A stretch of DNA of 64,000 nucleotides from the NCBI GenBank assembly GCA_038889075.1, contig JAWAHS010000001.1, positions 1 through 64,000 on the forward strand. Reading direction: 5' to 3'. Position 1 is the stretch's first letter. Each line of letters opens with the position of its first letter. Shown here piece after piece: positions 19,360 through 29,841 of this stretch. The DNA is from Ignisphaera sp. (GTDB taxonomy: Archaea > Thermoproteota > Thermoprotei_A > Sulfolobales > Ignisphaeraceae). The notes under the pieces are model-generated. The model was not told the origin of the DNA, searched no databases, and saw only the letters and a list, made by a program, of their open reading frames with translations. The position numbers and the translations under genes are program-made.

Positions 19360-20046
19360 TTAAAGAATATTACCACATTTTTTGGTGAATTCATCAACGA
19401 GGTTCCTCATCTTTATGGTACCATTAGGAGCCTCTTCATAGAATACTACAGCTTCATAAACATATATCTTCGTTTTACGATCTAACCAGCAATCCGGTTC
19501 TAAACCAGCTTTAATGCAACCTTCAGCTAAGAACGTTTCAGCATCCCAGCAGTATTCTATAGGTACTTGTGGTAGTAGTGTTCCGCTATTCCAGCCTCTA
19601 TGAATTATAATTCCGTGTTTACCTACAGTAACATCACTAGCTTCCTTTATAGGTGTAGGTAGGGAGAGTACCGAAACCTCTATAACTATTTTATCAAGTT
19701 CTTCTTCAGTTAATGGTGGAAACCTCGGATCTTCTGTTGCAGCTGCTATTGCAGCATTTATTACAGTGTTTATGAGTGTGGAAACTGGTTGAAGGAATCC
19801 TATGCAACCTCTCAACTCTCTAGCATTTTCCAATATTCTATCGATTGTTACAAAGGCCATTCCAGGTTTAAGTAATTTACTAGGCGTTTCTTCTGGTGGA
19901 TTTATTGTTTTGTTATGCTTGATATAGTACTCGATGGCTTTTCTAGCAGTTTGCACCAATAAAATACCATCATCTAATGAGATTTCAGAAGGGCTTATAA
20001 CATCTTTGAATTTATTGTAGGTGTCCACTATGCGATGCACCTTCAC
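19360..20046 (-). CDS. AMMECR1 / TIGR00296 family protein
   Basis: LRGCIG, AATEDPRF, IEVSVLS, G.HG, GTLLPQV. Confidence 0.93.
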   Translation of the reverse strand: MKVHRIVDTYNKFKDVISPSEISLDDGILLVQTARKAIEYYIKHNKTINPPEETPSKLLKPGMAFVTIDRILENARELRGCIGFLQPVSTLINTVINAAIAAATEDPRFPPLTEEELDKIVIEVSVLSLPTPIKEASDVTVGKHGIIIHRGWNSGTLLPQVPIEYCWDAETFLAEGCIKAGLEPDCWLDRKTKIYVYEAVVFYEEAPNGTIKMRNLVDEFTKKCGNIL

Positions 20047-20572
20047 TAGGAATTTTTCTTTCCAGTGGTTTTATTTTGGAGAGAATTTTTAGTTTTTCTT
20101 GACGTGCTTCCTCAAGTACAGATGATATTGTCCTCCAGTGGTTTCCTTGCCAATAGATTTTCGAGCATGAAGGGCAGATCCAAAACTCTCTATATTTCAA
20201 TGCTATATCTTTGTTTACTTTTACAGATATTTCCGTAATTGATGTTGTGTATTTTAATCGAGTGTTACATTCTGGACACAGAGTATTATCCTTATTGAAC
20301 TCTAATGAAATGCTGTATTTTACTGATATAAACGCTAGAACCTTTTCTATAGATGGGTCTTCGATAAATAGAGCTCTTATACCATACCTTCGTGCTCTTC
20401 TAAAAAGACCCAAATCTCTCGTTAGAAGTATTCTATCTTCCTCCTTTGCTATTTTTAGCAATTTCCAGTCATTTATTGATTTATAATACAATGTATCATA
20501 ACCCAATAATCGCAGCCATCTTGCCACGTGACCTAACATTGCATCGGCTATAAATCTTGGAATAGCAGACAA
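20012..20572 (-). CDS. Mut7-C (PIN-like) RNase domain protein with Zn ribbon
   Basis: FIADAMLG..ARWLRLLGYDT, ILLTRD, CPECN, CPSC.KIYW.G.HW. Confidence 0.92.
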   Translation of the reverse strand: MSAIPRFIADAMLGHVARWLRLLGYDTLYYKSINDWKLLKIAKEEDRILLTRDLGLFRRARRYGIRALFIEDPSIEKVLAFISVKYSISLEFNKDNTLCPECNTRLKYTTSITEISVKVNKDIALKYREFWICPSCSKIYWQGNHWRTISSVLEEARQEKLKILSKIKPLERKIPSEGASHSGHLQ

Positions 20573-20714
20573 TACTCACACCTACTGGAATTAGATCTTT
20601 AGATATTGTCTGGCAACATATAGGATAGAGTTATACCTTAACAAATTTAAAAATCTACATTACTACTAGCATGAATACGAATAAGAACTATGGCGATTCG
20701 CATTGAATTCAAGA

Positions 20715-21344
20715 TTATAACTGGGACAGCATCCTTCTTACCGTTCGCCAAGATTTTCTGACTATTGGAGGAATCTCGCCATATTTCCTTAAATATCGTT
20801 CAACCCATTGAATAGTCCTATAATCACTTGGGTAACCACTTCCAATCTCGCCATAAATTCTCTTTAAAATAGCTATATAATTGTCTCTAAGAATTTTAGC
20901 AACTATGCTTGCAGCACCAACTATTAGAAATTCGCTATCTGCGTTGTACTTGATAACTAAGTTATGTTCTGGTGTGTTACAAGTTCTACTAATCACATTT
21001 TTCAATTCATTAGGATTGCTAAAGGCATCCATATAAATGGTGTTGATGGTATAAAACCTAGATACGGTTTTAATTAGTTTACAGGCCATTCTTAATTCAA
21101 TAACATTGAGATTTTCATTATCTATTTGTTGGGGGGTAGCCCTGGCAGCTGATACAATGAGTGAATTTGACAGTATATAAGGAAATATTCTCTCCCTCTG
21201 ATTTTTACTTAACTTTTTACTATCCTTGACGCCTAGTTCTCTAAGAAGGGGGAGTTTGTTCTCCTCCATAACTACTATAACCATGAACATATCTCCAATT
21301 AATGGACCTCTGCCAGCCTCATCGATTCCGGCAATAATATTCAT
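20715..21344 (-). CDS. rnhB: Ribonuclease HII
   Basis: GIDEAGRGP, DSKKL, AASIVAK..RD, GSGYPSD. Confidence 0.96.
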   Translation of the reverse strand: MNIIAGIDEAGRGPLIGDMFMVIVVMEENKLPLLRELGVKDSKKLSKNQRERIFPYILSNSLIVSAARATPQQIDNENLNVIELRMACKLIKTVSRFYTINTIYMDAFSNPNELKNVISRTCNTPEHNLVIKYNADSEFLIVGAASIVAKILRDNYIAILKRIYGEIGSGYPSDYRTIQWVERYLRKYGEIPPIVRKSWRTVRRMLSQL

Positions 21345-21354
21345 TGCTAGAGAC

Positions 21355-22419
21355 CTAAATAATATTTAGAATCTCTAAGGCTTTCATAACTCCGCTCAAT
21401 GGTTTTTCAAGAGATTGTAATGCTATAAGAGAGTCATTCTTATATTTTTCAGCATCTCTGATACTCTCCTTTATCCTCCCTATAATTTCCTCAAATGATG
21501 AGGCATGCATTATTGGGAAACCTTTTCTTTCGAGACACGCATCGACATAAAGTTCCTGGGGGAATAGGGAGATACCCAATGTTCCAATCAACGCAGCTTC
21601 TCTAGCCATGGTACCTCCACCGGATATCGAAGCAATAGCATAATAGAGAAGTTGCGAACCTTTTACACCTAATTCCCTGGCTGGTATGATAAAATTCCTT
21701 GTGTTACTAAATTTTGATGCAATTATATCATCGTTGTATCTAGGCAGGTATACTATAGATAGATCTTGTTTAATAAGGTATTGGATCAACTTCTCGACTA
21801 ATTCAATAATTGAAAAACCATTTCTATAGTAGGAAGCTCTAATCTCGGGTGGTCGTATAACTACATAGCTGTATTCCTTTAAATCCAGTAATTTTAAATA
21901 TGTTTGGTCAGGTTTAAAATCTCTGAGCCACTGAACTTCGTCGACACCATTAAATTGAATTATATGAGTCTTTTCTTTATATATGTACTGTTCGATTGAT
22001 TTCTTAGGAATACATGATGAAATAACAATAGCTAGGGCTAGGGGTAGCGATAACCTAGATGGAATCTCACTATGCGGGCTATCAGTTAGAGCTATATAGG
22101 GTTTTTGAAGACCGAATGCTATTCTAGCCGCAGCAGGGTTTGGATACGCAATTAGTACATCAAAAGATTCTACAATGTCGAGAAGCAATAGCATTCTTTT
22201 TAATTCTTCTACAAGCTTATTCCTTAGATCATAGCCGTATCCACCGACAGCTGTAAACTTTACATCAAGTTGTCTAAGAGTTGCAATAGTATAATCATAG
22301 TCTCTAGCAGTCAATAATACGTTGTAACCTTGCAGCACCAAATCCCTATACATGGAACCGAATAACATAGCCTGTTTAGGAGTTAGTGCATCTAGCCATA
22401 TCTTTATAGCCATATCCAC
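21355..22419 (-). CDS. DUF354 family GT-B-fold protein
   Basis: IWLDALTPKQ, AFGL, GVDE, GGGTMAREAA. Confidence 0.85.
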   Translation of the reverse strand: MDMAIKIWLDALTPKQAMLFGSMYRDLVLQGYNVLLTARDYDYTIATLRQLDVKFTAVGGYGYDLRNKLVEELKRMLLLLDIVESFDVLIAYPNPAAARIAFGLQKPYIALTDSPHSEIPSRLSLPLALAIVISSCIPKKSIEQYIYKEKTHIIQFNGVDEVQWLRDFKPDQTYLKLLDLKEYSYVVIRPPEIRASYYRNGFSIIELVEKLIQYLIKQDLSIVYLPRYNDDIIASKFSNTRNFIIPARELGVKGSQLLYYAIASISGGGTMAREAALIGTLGISLFPQELYVDACLERKGFPIMHASSFEEIIGRIKESIRDAEKYKNDSLIALQSLEKPLSGVMKALEILNII

Positions 22420-22517
22420 CCTTGACAGCCTTATAGTTGTATTATCCCATAGGTATAAATTTCTAATTTTATTAATTATTTTATCGGCATTAAATACACT
22501 CTTAAGAGGATGGTCAG

Positions 22518-23891
22518 ATGACTAGTAACGTAGAGCGAAAACTATTTGGAACAGATGGAGTTAGATGGATTGTAGATAGAGAGTCGCCAGATTTTGTGTT
22601 AAGGTTAGCTATGGCTATAGCTAGCTATTTTCCGAGGGGGTCTAGAGTACTTGTTGGTAAGGATGGAAGGGTAGGAAATCCAGCTATATATGGTACAGTG
22701 CTAAGTGGTTTAACAGCAGCTGGATCAAAAGTTTATGATGCAGGCTTTATACCGACACCTGCACTTCAATTGTGTGTCAGAGAATATGGGTTTGATTATG
22801 GGGTAGTCGTCACTGCAAGCCATAATCCACCTGAATGGGTTGGTATAAAACTAGTTCTAAATGATGGAATAGAGGCACCTCCGCAAGTAGAAGTAGAGGT
22901 GGAGGAAATACTTTTTGGATTGAAATTCCGAATGGTTTCCTGGAGCGATGTAAAATCTATTGAAAGATTTGATATAGCCATAGAACACTATATAGGTAGT
23001 GTTAAAAGAAATGCTGATGTAGAAAAATTGAAAAGAAAGGGATTGAAAGTCGTTATCGATTGTGCAAATAGTGTCTCAGCTTTAACAACACCAAGAGTTT
23101 TAAGAGAGCTCGGTCTAAAAGTTATAACAATAAATGCTGACATAGATAGGCCGTACAGATTGTACGAACCTACCCCTGAGACCCTAATAGACTTAATGAG
23201 TATAGTAAAGGCTGTTAATGCAGATTTTGGTGTGGCACACGATGGTGATGGTGATAGAGCGGTATTTATAGATAATACTGGACAATTCATTGCCGGCGAT
23301 ATATCTGCAATAATACTCTCTAACTATATTGCTATTAAAAGACCTGAACTTCCAAAAAGGATTGTAACAGCCATATCTACAAGCAATTTTTTAGTTGATA
23401 AACATCTAATAAGTAAGGGTATAGATGTTGTATGGACTCGCGTAGGATTCTTAAACATAGCTAGAAAAATAGTAGAATTAGGAGGGGCGATCTCGGGATT
23501 TGAAGACAATGGTGGATTCGCATACGTACCCCATCAACCAGTAAGAGATGGTACAATGACAGCAGTTCTGATGGCTGAGTTATTAGCTGAAGAGAATCGC
23601 ACCTTAGCTGATATTGTTAATTCGGTTGAGAAACCAGTTATAATTAGAACAAAGATTCCTATAAAGAATAAGGAAGAGGGAATGGAGATTGTAGATAAAA
23701 TCAGAGGGTATTATAAGGGGTGCAGAATAATTGATATAGATGGTATTAGAGTGCTGGACAGGGATTATTCATTTCTTGTGAGACCTAGTGGTACAGAACC
23801 ATTACTGAGAATAGCTATCGAGTCATGGGATAGAGAGGTGGCTGAAAAGGTATTGAAAGAGATTCTCAATGTTATTCAATTGAGGTGGTAA
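22518..23891 (+). CDS. Phosphohexomutase (PGM/PMM/GlmM family)
   Basis: LFGTDGVR, TASHNP, DGDGDR, VRPSGTEP. Confidence 0.94.
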   Translation: MTSNVERKLFGTDGVRWIVDRESPDFVLRLAMAIASYFPRGSRVLVGKDGRVGNPAIYGTVLSGLTAAGSKVYDAGFIPTPALQLCVREYGFDYGVVVTASHNPPEWVGIKLVLNDGIEAPPQVEVEVEEILFGLKFRMVSWSDVKSIERFDIAIEHYIGSVKRNADVEKLKRKGLKVVIDCANSVSALTTPRVLRELGLKVITINADIDRPYRLYEPTPETLIDLMSIVKAVNADFGVAHDGDGDRAVFIDNTGQFIAGDISAIILSNYIAIKRPELPKRIVTAISTSNFLVDKHLISKGIDVVWTRVGFLNIARKIVELGGAISGFEDNGGFAYVPHQPVRDGTMTAVLMAELLAEENRTLADIVNSVEKPVIIRTKIPIKNKEEGMEIVDKIRGYYKGCRIIDIDGIRVLDRDYSFLVRPSGTEPLLRIAIESWDREVAEKVLKEILNVIQLRW

Positions 23892-24319
23892 TTATAATGA
23901 AATATAGATTATTGAATTACCTAGCTTGCCCCTACTGTAAGGATAAGGGATTTCCGCTGGTGTTGATAGTTTTTGAACTAAATAAGTATGAAAATAGAAG
24001 TCTACCTCAAGATATGAGAAGACCACTATGTGATTTATACTGTGCATATATAAGTAGATATGTAAAGGATTTGAATGATACACCGTGTGATGAATGTATA
24101 AAGTATGAGGTAAAGGTTGGGGTTCTCTACTGTAACAACTGTAATCGATGGTATCCTATAATAGATGAAATACCTAGAATCTTACCAGATAATTATAGAA
24201 AGAAGGAGGAGGAAATACAATTTCTTAGACTATATCAAGGTAAACTAAGCGAAAACATAAAATTGCATGGAAAACCATATAATTTAGTTGAAAATTCTGA
24301 TGAAAAACCTTTAACTTAA
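23885..24319 (+). CDS. Trm112-like methyltransferase activator
   Basis: LLNYLACPYC...G.LYCxxC.RWYPIIDEIPRIL. Confidence 0.88.
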   Translation: MVIIMKYRLLNYLACPYCKDKGFPLVLIVFELNKYENRSLPQDMRRPLCDLYCAYISRYVKDLNDTPCDECIKYEVKVGVLYCNNCNRWYPIIDEIPRILPDNYRKKEEEIQFLRLYQGKLSENIKLHGKPYNLVENSDEKPLT

Positions 24320-24360
24320 AAATCTTTTAACACATACTGAATACAGTAAGGTGGATAGAA

Positions 24361-24780
24361 ATGTCGTCATTATATGATAGCTTAACACAATGGATTGAAA
24401 TGCAAAAGAAAATAAAAGAATGGTTTGACAGCGTATATGAGAATGTCAATAAAGGTGATAGACTCGAATTGATACTATATACAAGAATGGCATTTCAACA
24501 TATAATGAGAACGTTGAAAGCGTTTGATAATTGGTTACAAGACCCCTTTATAATAAGTAATATGCCTAAAGAACAGCTAGAAGATGTATGGAGAACAGTA
24601 TTTGCACTATTAAAGCAGCTATTAGAGCTTGACGTTAGACATACAGAAGGTTTTAGAGACCATATAATATCGCTTGAAAAGGAGGGAAAGCTAAACCCGA
24701 TGCTGGTCGAGATCTTTAGTGAAGGAGCTAGGAGGAGAAGGGGAGAAAGGGAAAGGGAAGGGATAACATTATCTATATAG
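24361..24780 (+). CDS. DUF2153-like helical protein
   Basis: DRLELI..R.AFQH..RT.KAFD.WLQDP..MP..L pattern. Confidence 0.75.
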   Translation: MSSLYDSLTQWIEMQKKIKEWFDSVYENVNKGDRLELILYTRMAFQHIMRTLKAFDNWLQDPFIISNMPKEQLEDVWRTVFALLKQLLELDVRHTEGFRDHIISLEKEGKLNPMLVEIFSEGARRRRGEREREGITLSI

Positions 24781-24911
24781 TATATAACCATTATTTATTC
24801 TCATTATTTATTCTGTATAGAAGTAGATATTATCGAAATGCAACTATTAGTTAAGCCAAAGCTAAATCAATAGGTGATTACGGATTAGTATTGCTATATA
24901 ATAAAATAGTA

Positions 24912-25388
24912 TTAGGCTCTTCTACCGCTAATATTCATGGAAATCAGTGAGATTTCCTCATCTATTGCTATTATTTTATTTCGATATTCTTCAACTAGTT
25001 GTAATAACTGTTCCACATCCTTGTCGATTACCTTTGTATTCTCTAGGAATTCCTGACCGCTACTTGTAAGTCTTAGCTTCTTAGATTTTGGATCCATCTC
25101 TACAATACCTACGTAAAGGAGTAGCTTGATGTCATCGTTTAATTCTTTTACAATAATTTTATTCCCTATTTTAATGATATTATATCCTAAATCTATTTTC
25201 TTTTCCTCTTTTAGATAATTGATTAGATATGTCAACCCTTTTTCGCTAACCTCTTTCAATGATTTTATCATGTATATCAATATTAATTTCCGTTTATCAT
25301 TTCTTATCTGGTCTAATGTTACAATTTGAACAGAAAATGTCTTTAATTCCTTAGTTTTTTGTTGTTGGGATGGAGCTTTATCAGGCAT
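24912..25388 (-). CDS. Winged-helix protein (YwgA/DUF4065-like)
   Basis: DLGY...EL.DDI..L...GIVE...LT..G.EFL winged-helix pattern. Confidence 0.55.
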   Translation of the reverse strand: MPDKAPSQQQKTKELKTFSVQIVTLDQIRNDKRKLILIYMIKSLKEVSEKGLTYLINYLKEEKKIDLGYNIIKIGNKIIVKELNDDIKLLLYVGIVEMDPKSKKLRLTSSGQEFLENTKVIDKDVEQLLQLVEEYRNKIIAIDEEISLISMNISGRRA

Positions 25389-25413
25389 TTAAATATACAC
25401 CATCACGATCTTT

Positions 25414-26241
25414 TTAACCTCTCGTTTTGGATAACTCTTCTATATACTTAATAAGCTCATAGGCTTCGTTACCATATATTTTTTCATAATCTTTTACAAG
25501 ATTTTGTGCACTACTACTTATTTTCTTCATTTCAATCCTGCTTATCTTAGACAGAATGCTTTCCACAATTTGACCAAAATTAAGAAATGCAAGAATGGCG
25601 CTCTTATATGTTCTAATTATGTAAAAGATCACATTAACTGATATAAAGAGGATGCAACCAGTAGAGAATATCAATGCAAGTGCAAGTATGTAGTTGTCTA
25701 CGCGCTCTCTAGTTAGAATTATTGTTAGCTGAATTAATGGGATTAACGGAATTGAAGGTATTAAGAATAATGTGGATAGAAAACGTAAAGAAAATCCAAC
25801 AAGTACGATACTTCCTATGGCCATGGATAAAATTGTAAGAATTAGTGATTGTACACCCAAGTAGTATACGAAGCTATACGATATAATGATGTTGACTATA
25901 GTTAAGAGAAGTATTGTTAATGACATCAATACATCCATTCTCAGCTTGCTCTTAGCTATATTTGTAACCATATAATGGATCCTATTTTCGAGATTTTTAA
26001 CGCATTTATCGATAAGCTGTATATTGTACTCATCTATTACCTTATCCATATACTTCAGATCATCATTTAGATCCGTAAAGAATTGTACTATAGCTTTAGT
26101 ATATAGATGTATATCTTCTATGAGCTTTAGTTTCTCAAGGGCACCTCTAAGACCCTTGACATCGATACTTAGACTATCTATGCCATCTGCTAATTTGGCT
26201 AGTAGTATTCTCATCTGTGATACTAAAGACAATCTAGTCAC
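25414..26241 (-). CDS. Membrane protein with N-terminal coiled region
   Basis: About 4 TM segments; overlaps the stop of the upstream GT gene. Confidence 0.7.
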   Translation of the reverse strand: MTRLSLVSQMRILLAKLADGIDSLSIDVKGLRGALEKLKLIEDIHLYTKAIVQFFTDLNDDLKYMDKVIDEYNIQLIDKCVKNLENRIHYMVTNIAKSKLRMDVLMSLTILLLTIVNIIISYSFVYYLGVQSLILTILSMAIGSIVLVGFSLRFLSTLFLIPSIPLIPLIQLTIILTRERVDNYILALALIFSTGCILFISVNVIFYIIRTYKSAILAFLNFGQIVESILSKISRIEMKKISSSAQNLVKDYEKIYGNEAYELIKYIEELSKTRG

Positions 26242-27671
26242 CTAAACACGGATATTATAGCATTCCAGAGATGTGTAAGTACTTCTTTCCAAGCATTTAA
26301 AGTTAAAGCAATATTTTCTCTATTGAGATACTCATATAGTTGAATCACCAAGAAGATATAGATAGGAGCTGTTAATTGAATAGCATAGAAGCTATATTGA
26401 GTTCTAGATCCGGCCATCCATAGAATGGTATAGCCTATGAATAGTCCTAACGGCATATACCAGGCATCTCTCGAGATAGTATTATACTTTCTATATGGTA
26501 ATGTAAAAAATAATAGTACGAAACTTATTGCATAAGCTGGTACGAAGCCCATAGCGTATAGTGCCTTTCCGTGACTATCTATATATAGAGGAAATGAATT
26601 CAAACCGAAAAACCAGTCCCAGGGTGCTGAAGCTATGGGACACTCAGCACCTATGCATTTAGTTGATAGATGCCATGATATTGCTTTAAAAACACTTTCA
26701 TTAAACCATGCATCAATTCCTATCTTAATTATTATTGGAACTGAAAGCAGTATTTGAAAGAATACGAAGGATAAAATGGTTAGAATTAAATATTCTAAGG
26801 AAGCAGATAGTATGTCAAGAAATCGTGTAGTCCGTTTTGTAAGATTTCTAATGTATATAAATAGGAGTGGAATGAAAGCAATGAGAGCTGTAAACTTAAA
26901 TGTTGAAGCAAGGCCTAGTAAAAGGGCAGCCTCTTTTAACCTATTTTTTAAGGCTAAATACAGCGCTATGAGTGTGAAGGCTGCAACATATATATCCAGA
27001 ATTGCTATAGAGGATAAATATCTAGTCATGGGGTCTACAGCTACAAGGGCCGAGGCTATCAAACCAGCCTCTTTTGATTTCGATATGACATACACTATGA
27101 GATACGTCATTAAAGTAACTATAGCACCCATAATTATTGATGGTATTCTCCAGAAAAGTGGTCTATCTCCAAGTGCAAGTAGCATTAAGGCAATTAGGTA
27201 TTTAGCTGTTGGTGGATGTTCGTAGTTCATATACTTATTGATATCACTACTATCACCGATTATCCATCCGAATATTGTATCAATAGCACCTGTTTGCTTT
27301 GCGAAGAGCTCTATACTATTACGGTTGGTTGCTTCTACGTATAGTGCATTTATTTTAATAAAAGAGTCGTATACTATATTAACACCATATAACGAAGCCA
27401 TCGACTTAGCTTTTTGTAAATCCTCCTTTTGAACATAAATCAGAGTAGCTTTAGGTACATCCATCCGTGGTATGCATCCAAAAACATTCCGTAGAATATT
27501 TCTTGCAGAATTTACATACCACACCTCATCAGAAACGTATCCCTTTGCATGAGGAAACCTACTGATTTCTTCTTGTTCGAGAAAGAGTGCATTAGATATT
27601 GAAAACAATATATTAATAGACACAACTACGGTGAGCAGTAGCATTGGAACTACTTTTTCATTCAGCTTCAT
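26238..27671 (-). CDS. GT-C glycosyltransferase (GT39/PMT-like protein O-mannosyltransferase)
   Basis: YVSDEVWYV, N.EHPP.AK, WRIPS, ILD; many TM helices. Confidence 0.85.
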   Translation of the reverse strand: MKLNEKVVPMLLLTVVVSINILFSISNALFLEQEEISRFPHAKGYVSDEVWYVNSARNILRNVFGCIPRMDVPKATLIYVQKEDLQKAKSMASLYGVNIVYDSFIKINALYVEATNRNSIELFAKQTGAIDTIFGWIIGDSSDINKYMNYEHPPTAKYLIALMLLALGDRPLFWRIPSIIMGAIVTLMTYLIVYVISKSKEAGLIASALVAVDPMTRYLSSIAILDIYVAAFTLIALYLALKNRLKEAALLLGLASTFKFTALIAFIPLLFIYIRNLTKRTTRFLDILSASLEYLILTILSFVFFQILLSVPIIIKIGIDAWFNESVFKAISWHLSTKCIGAECPIASAPWDWFFGLNSFPLYIDSHGKALYAMGFVPAYAISFVLLFFTLPYRKYNTISRDAWYMPLGLFIGYTILWMAGSRTQYSFYAIQLTAPIYIFLVIQLYEYLNRENIALTLNAWKEVLTHLWNAIISVFR

Positions 27672-27996
27672 ATCCTACGCCATTTCCTATCTACGTTAGG
27701 TAGATCATAGATTTTAGAAATAAAAATTATTTTGAAAATTAAAACTGTTAAAGGAATAGGACTCAAAAATTGTTAGAAACAATGCAGCAATCTCAATAGC
27801 GGTAATGACTCTAGGCTTAACGGCTCTTACATACATATCAGTATCACCGGCAGAATAAATGCGATTATAGAAATATACTTAAAGGTAGTATTTACCTAGA
27901 ATTCTATTTTTCAATATATCAATTGAATTAGAATCTTGAAAATATTGATGTAAAGTATTTAAGTCAAGTTGTGCTAACAATAATATGTATTAAACA

Positions 27997-29406
27997 TTGG
28001 TATGGACTGTATATGGGGTGGTAATATTGAGTATGATTAGAGAGATTAGAGATGAGAGTAAGAGAGAGGTACTTAAGAGAATTAGTGCACACAGTCACAT
28101 AAGGGGGCTTGGTCTAGATGATAGGGGTGAGCCGATACAAGTAGCAGATGGATTTGTAGGACAAGTGGAAGCGAGGAAATCTGCTGGTATAGTTGTGAAA
28201 ATGATTAAGGATGGTAGGCTTGCAGGCAGAGCGATTCTCTTTGTAGGACCCCCAGGTTCAGGTAAAACTGCTTTAGCTATAGCTATTGCAAGAGAATTGG
28301 GCGAGGATACACCATTTGTAATGTTAAATGGAGCAGAACTGTATTCAGCAGAGATGAAGAAGACTGAAATATTGATGAGAGCAGTAAGAAGAGCCATAGG
28401 TATAAGGTTTAGAGAGGTTAGAAGGGTATATGAAGGAGTTGTAAAGGAGATAAAGTTTGCATTAGCCCCACATCCATTCAATCCATATACTAAGATCCCA
28501 AGATCTGCTAAGATAACCCTCGCAACTAAAGATGATGAAAAAACGCTGGAAGTGGATCAATCAATAGCTATGCAACTAGTACAATTTAGTATAAGGAAAG
28601 GTGATCTAATAAGTATTGATGCTGATAGTGGTGAAGTATTTAAACTGGGAAGAGTTAAAGGTATTGAAAAAGCTAGGTATTACGATGTAGAAACATATAG
28701 AGTTCTCGATGAAATGCCAAAGGGCAAGATATTTAAAGAGAAAGAGATTGTAAGAACAGTAACACTACACGACCTTGATGAAGCTTATGCAGTACAGAGA
28801 AAGGCGACGATAATATCTCTCATAGGCATAGGTAGTGAAGAGAAAGAAATAGATCCTGAGATAAGAAAAGCTGTAGATGAACAAGTTAGAAAGATTTTAA
28901 GTGAGGGAAAGGTCACATTAGTACCTGGGGTTCTATTTATAGACGATGTCCACATGCTTGATATAGAGTCGTTTAGCTTCCTAACAAGAGTTATGGAAAG
29001 CGAATTCTCACCAATAATAATAATGGCTACTAACAGAGGTATAACTAAAGTTAGGGGAACGGATATAGAATCGCCACATGGAATACCTCTGGATCTACTG
29101 GATCGGTTGCTCATTATACCGGTAAGGCCGTATACCCCTGAAGAAATGAGAGAAATAATAATGATACGGGCAGACGAAGAAGGCATTAAACTCTCTAAAG
29201 ATGCAATAGATATACTTGTTAAAATAGCTAGCGAAAGAAGTTTAAGATACTCTATACAACTTATGCATCCAGCTAAGGTCGTTGCCGAAAGAAAAGATAG
29301 AGATGAAGTTAGAGCAGAGGATATTGAAGAGGCAGCGAAATTATTTATAGATGTTATGCAAAGCGTAGAATTTGTTAAGGAATGGGAAAGGAAGCTAATC
29401 AAATAA
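27997..29406 (+). CDS. TIP49/RuvB-like AAA+ ATPase (probable start 28027 or 28033)
   Basis: HSHIRGLG, GPPGSGKT, LFIDDVHMLD, ATNRG, SPHGIPLDLLDR. Confidence 0.95.
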   Translation: MVWTVYGVVILSMIREIRDESKREVLKRISAHSHIRGLGLDDRGEPIQVADGFVGQVEARKSAGIVVKMIKDGRLAGRAILFVGPPGSGKTALAIAIARELGEDTPFVMLNGAELYSAEMKKTEILMRAVRRAIGIRFREVRRVYEGVVKEIKFALAPHPFNPYTKIPRSAKITLATKDDEKTLEVDQSIAMQLVQFSIRKGDLISIDADSGEVFKLGRVKGIEKARYYDVETYRVLDEMPKGKIFKEKEIVRTVTLHDLDEAYAVQRKATIISLIGIGSEEKEIDPEIRKAVDEQVRKILSEGKVTLVPGVLFIDDVHMLDIESFSFLTRVMESEFSPIIIMATNRGITKVRGTDIESPHGIPLDLLDRLLIIPVRPYTPEEMREIIMIRADEEGIKLSKDAIDILVKIASERSLRYSIQLMHPAKVVAERKDRDEVRAEDIEEAAKLFIDVMQSVEFVKEWERKLIK

Positions 29407-29435
29407 CCAATACAGATAGTTTTAGGTAATCAGGT

Positions 29436-29690
29436 ATGGCTCTTGAGACCTCATATATAACGCGGCTCGAAACGCTTATTTCATATACTGAAGCTCTTGA
29501 TACGGCATCGGCATCCTCATTTACTATTGAAGAATTAGCCAAGCTTTGGGGTACCAATATGGATAAAACTAAAACGATTGTAAGAAAATTAAAAAGAGAG
29601 GGTTTTTTAAGACGAACTAGAAGAGGTAGATATAAGCTCACGTTAGCAGGGAAAATCCTAGTGAGATTATATAAAAGAATAAAGAAGTGA
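29436..29690 (+). CDS. Small winged-helix DNA-binding protein
   Basis: FTIEELAKLW...L..EG.L.R...G.Y.LT..GK. Confidence 0.8.
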   Translation: MALETSYITRLETLISYTEALDTASASSFTIEELAKLWGTNMDKTKTIVRKLKREGFLRRTRRGRYKLTLAGKILVRLYKRIKK

Positions 29691-29726
29691 AAAGCTTTTA
29701 GCTTAGTTAAAGCAAGGATACCTAGT

Positions 29727-29774
29727 ATGATGATCACGGCTGTAACTGAATATGATGAAAACCCGTGTTACTGA
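29727..29774 (+). ncRNA. Box C/D guide sRNA
   Basis: ATGATGA-tcacggctgtaa-CTGA-at-ATGATGA-aaacccgtgtta-CTGA: all four boxes perfect, 12-nt guides. Confidence 0.92.
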
Positions 29775-29841
29775 AGAAACATAAATTAAATGTAGTTAGA
29801 TAATAATGTATAGTATATGAAGCATTATAGTACTTCAGTTT

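Noticed and set aside
28930-28960. TIP49 Walker B DDVH instead of DEVH
   Set aside because: Recalled as a common variant in crenarchaeal TIP49; not evidence of inactivation
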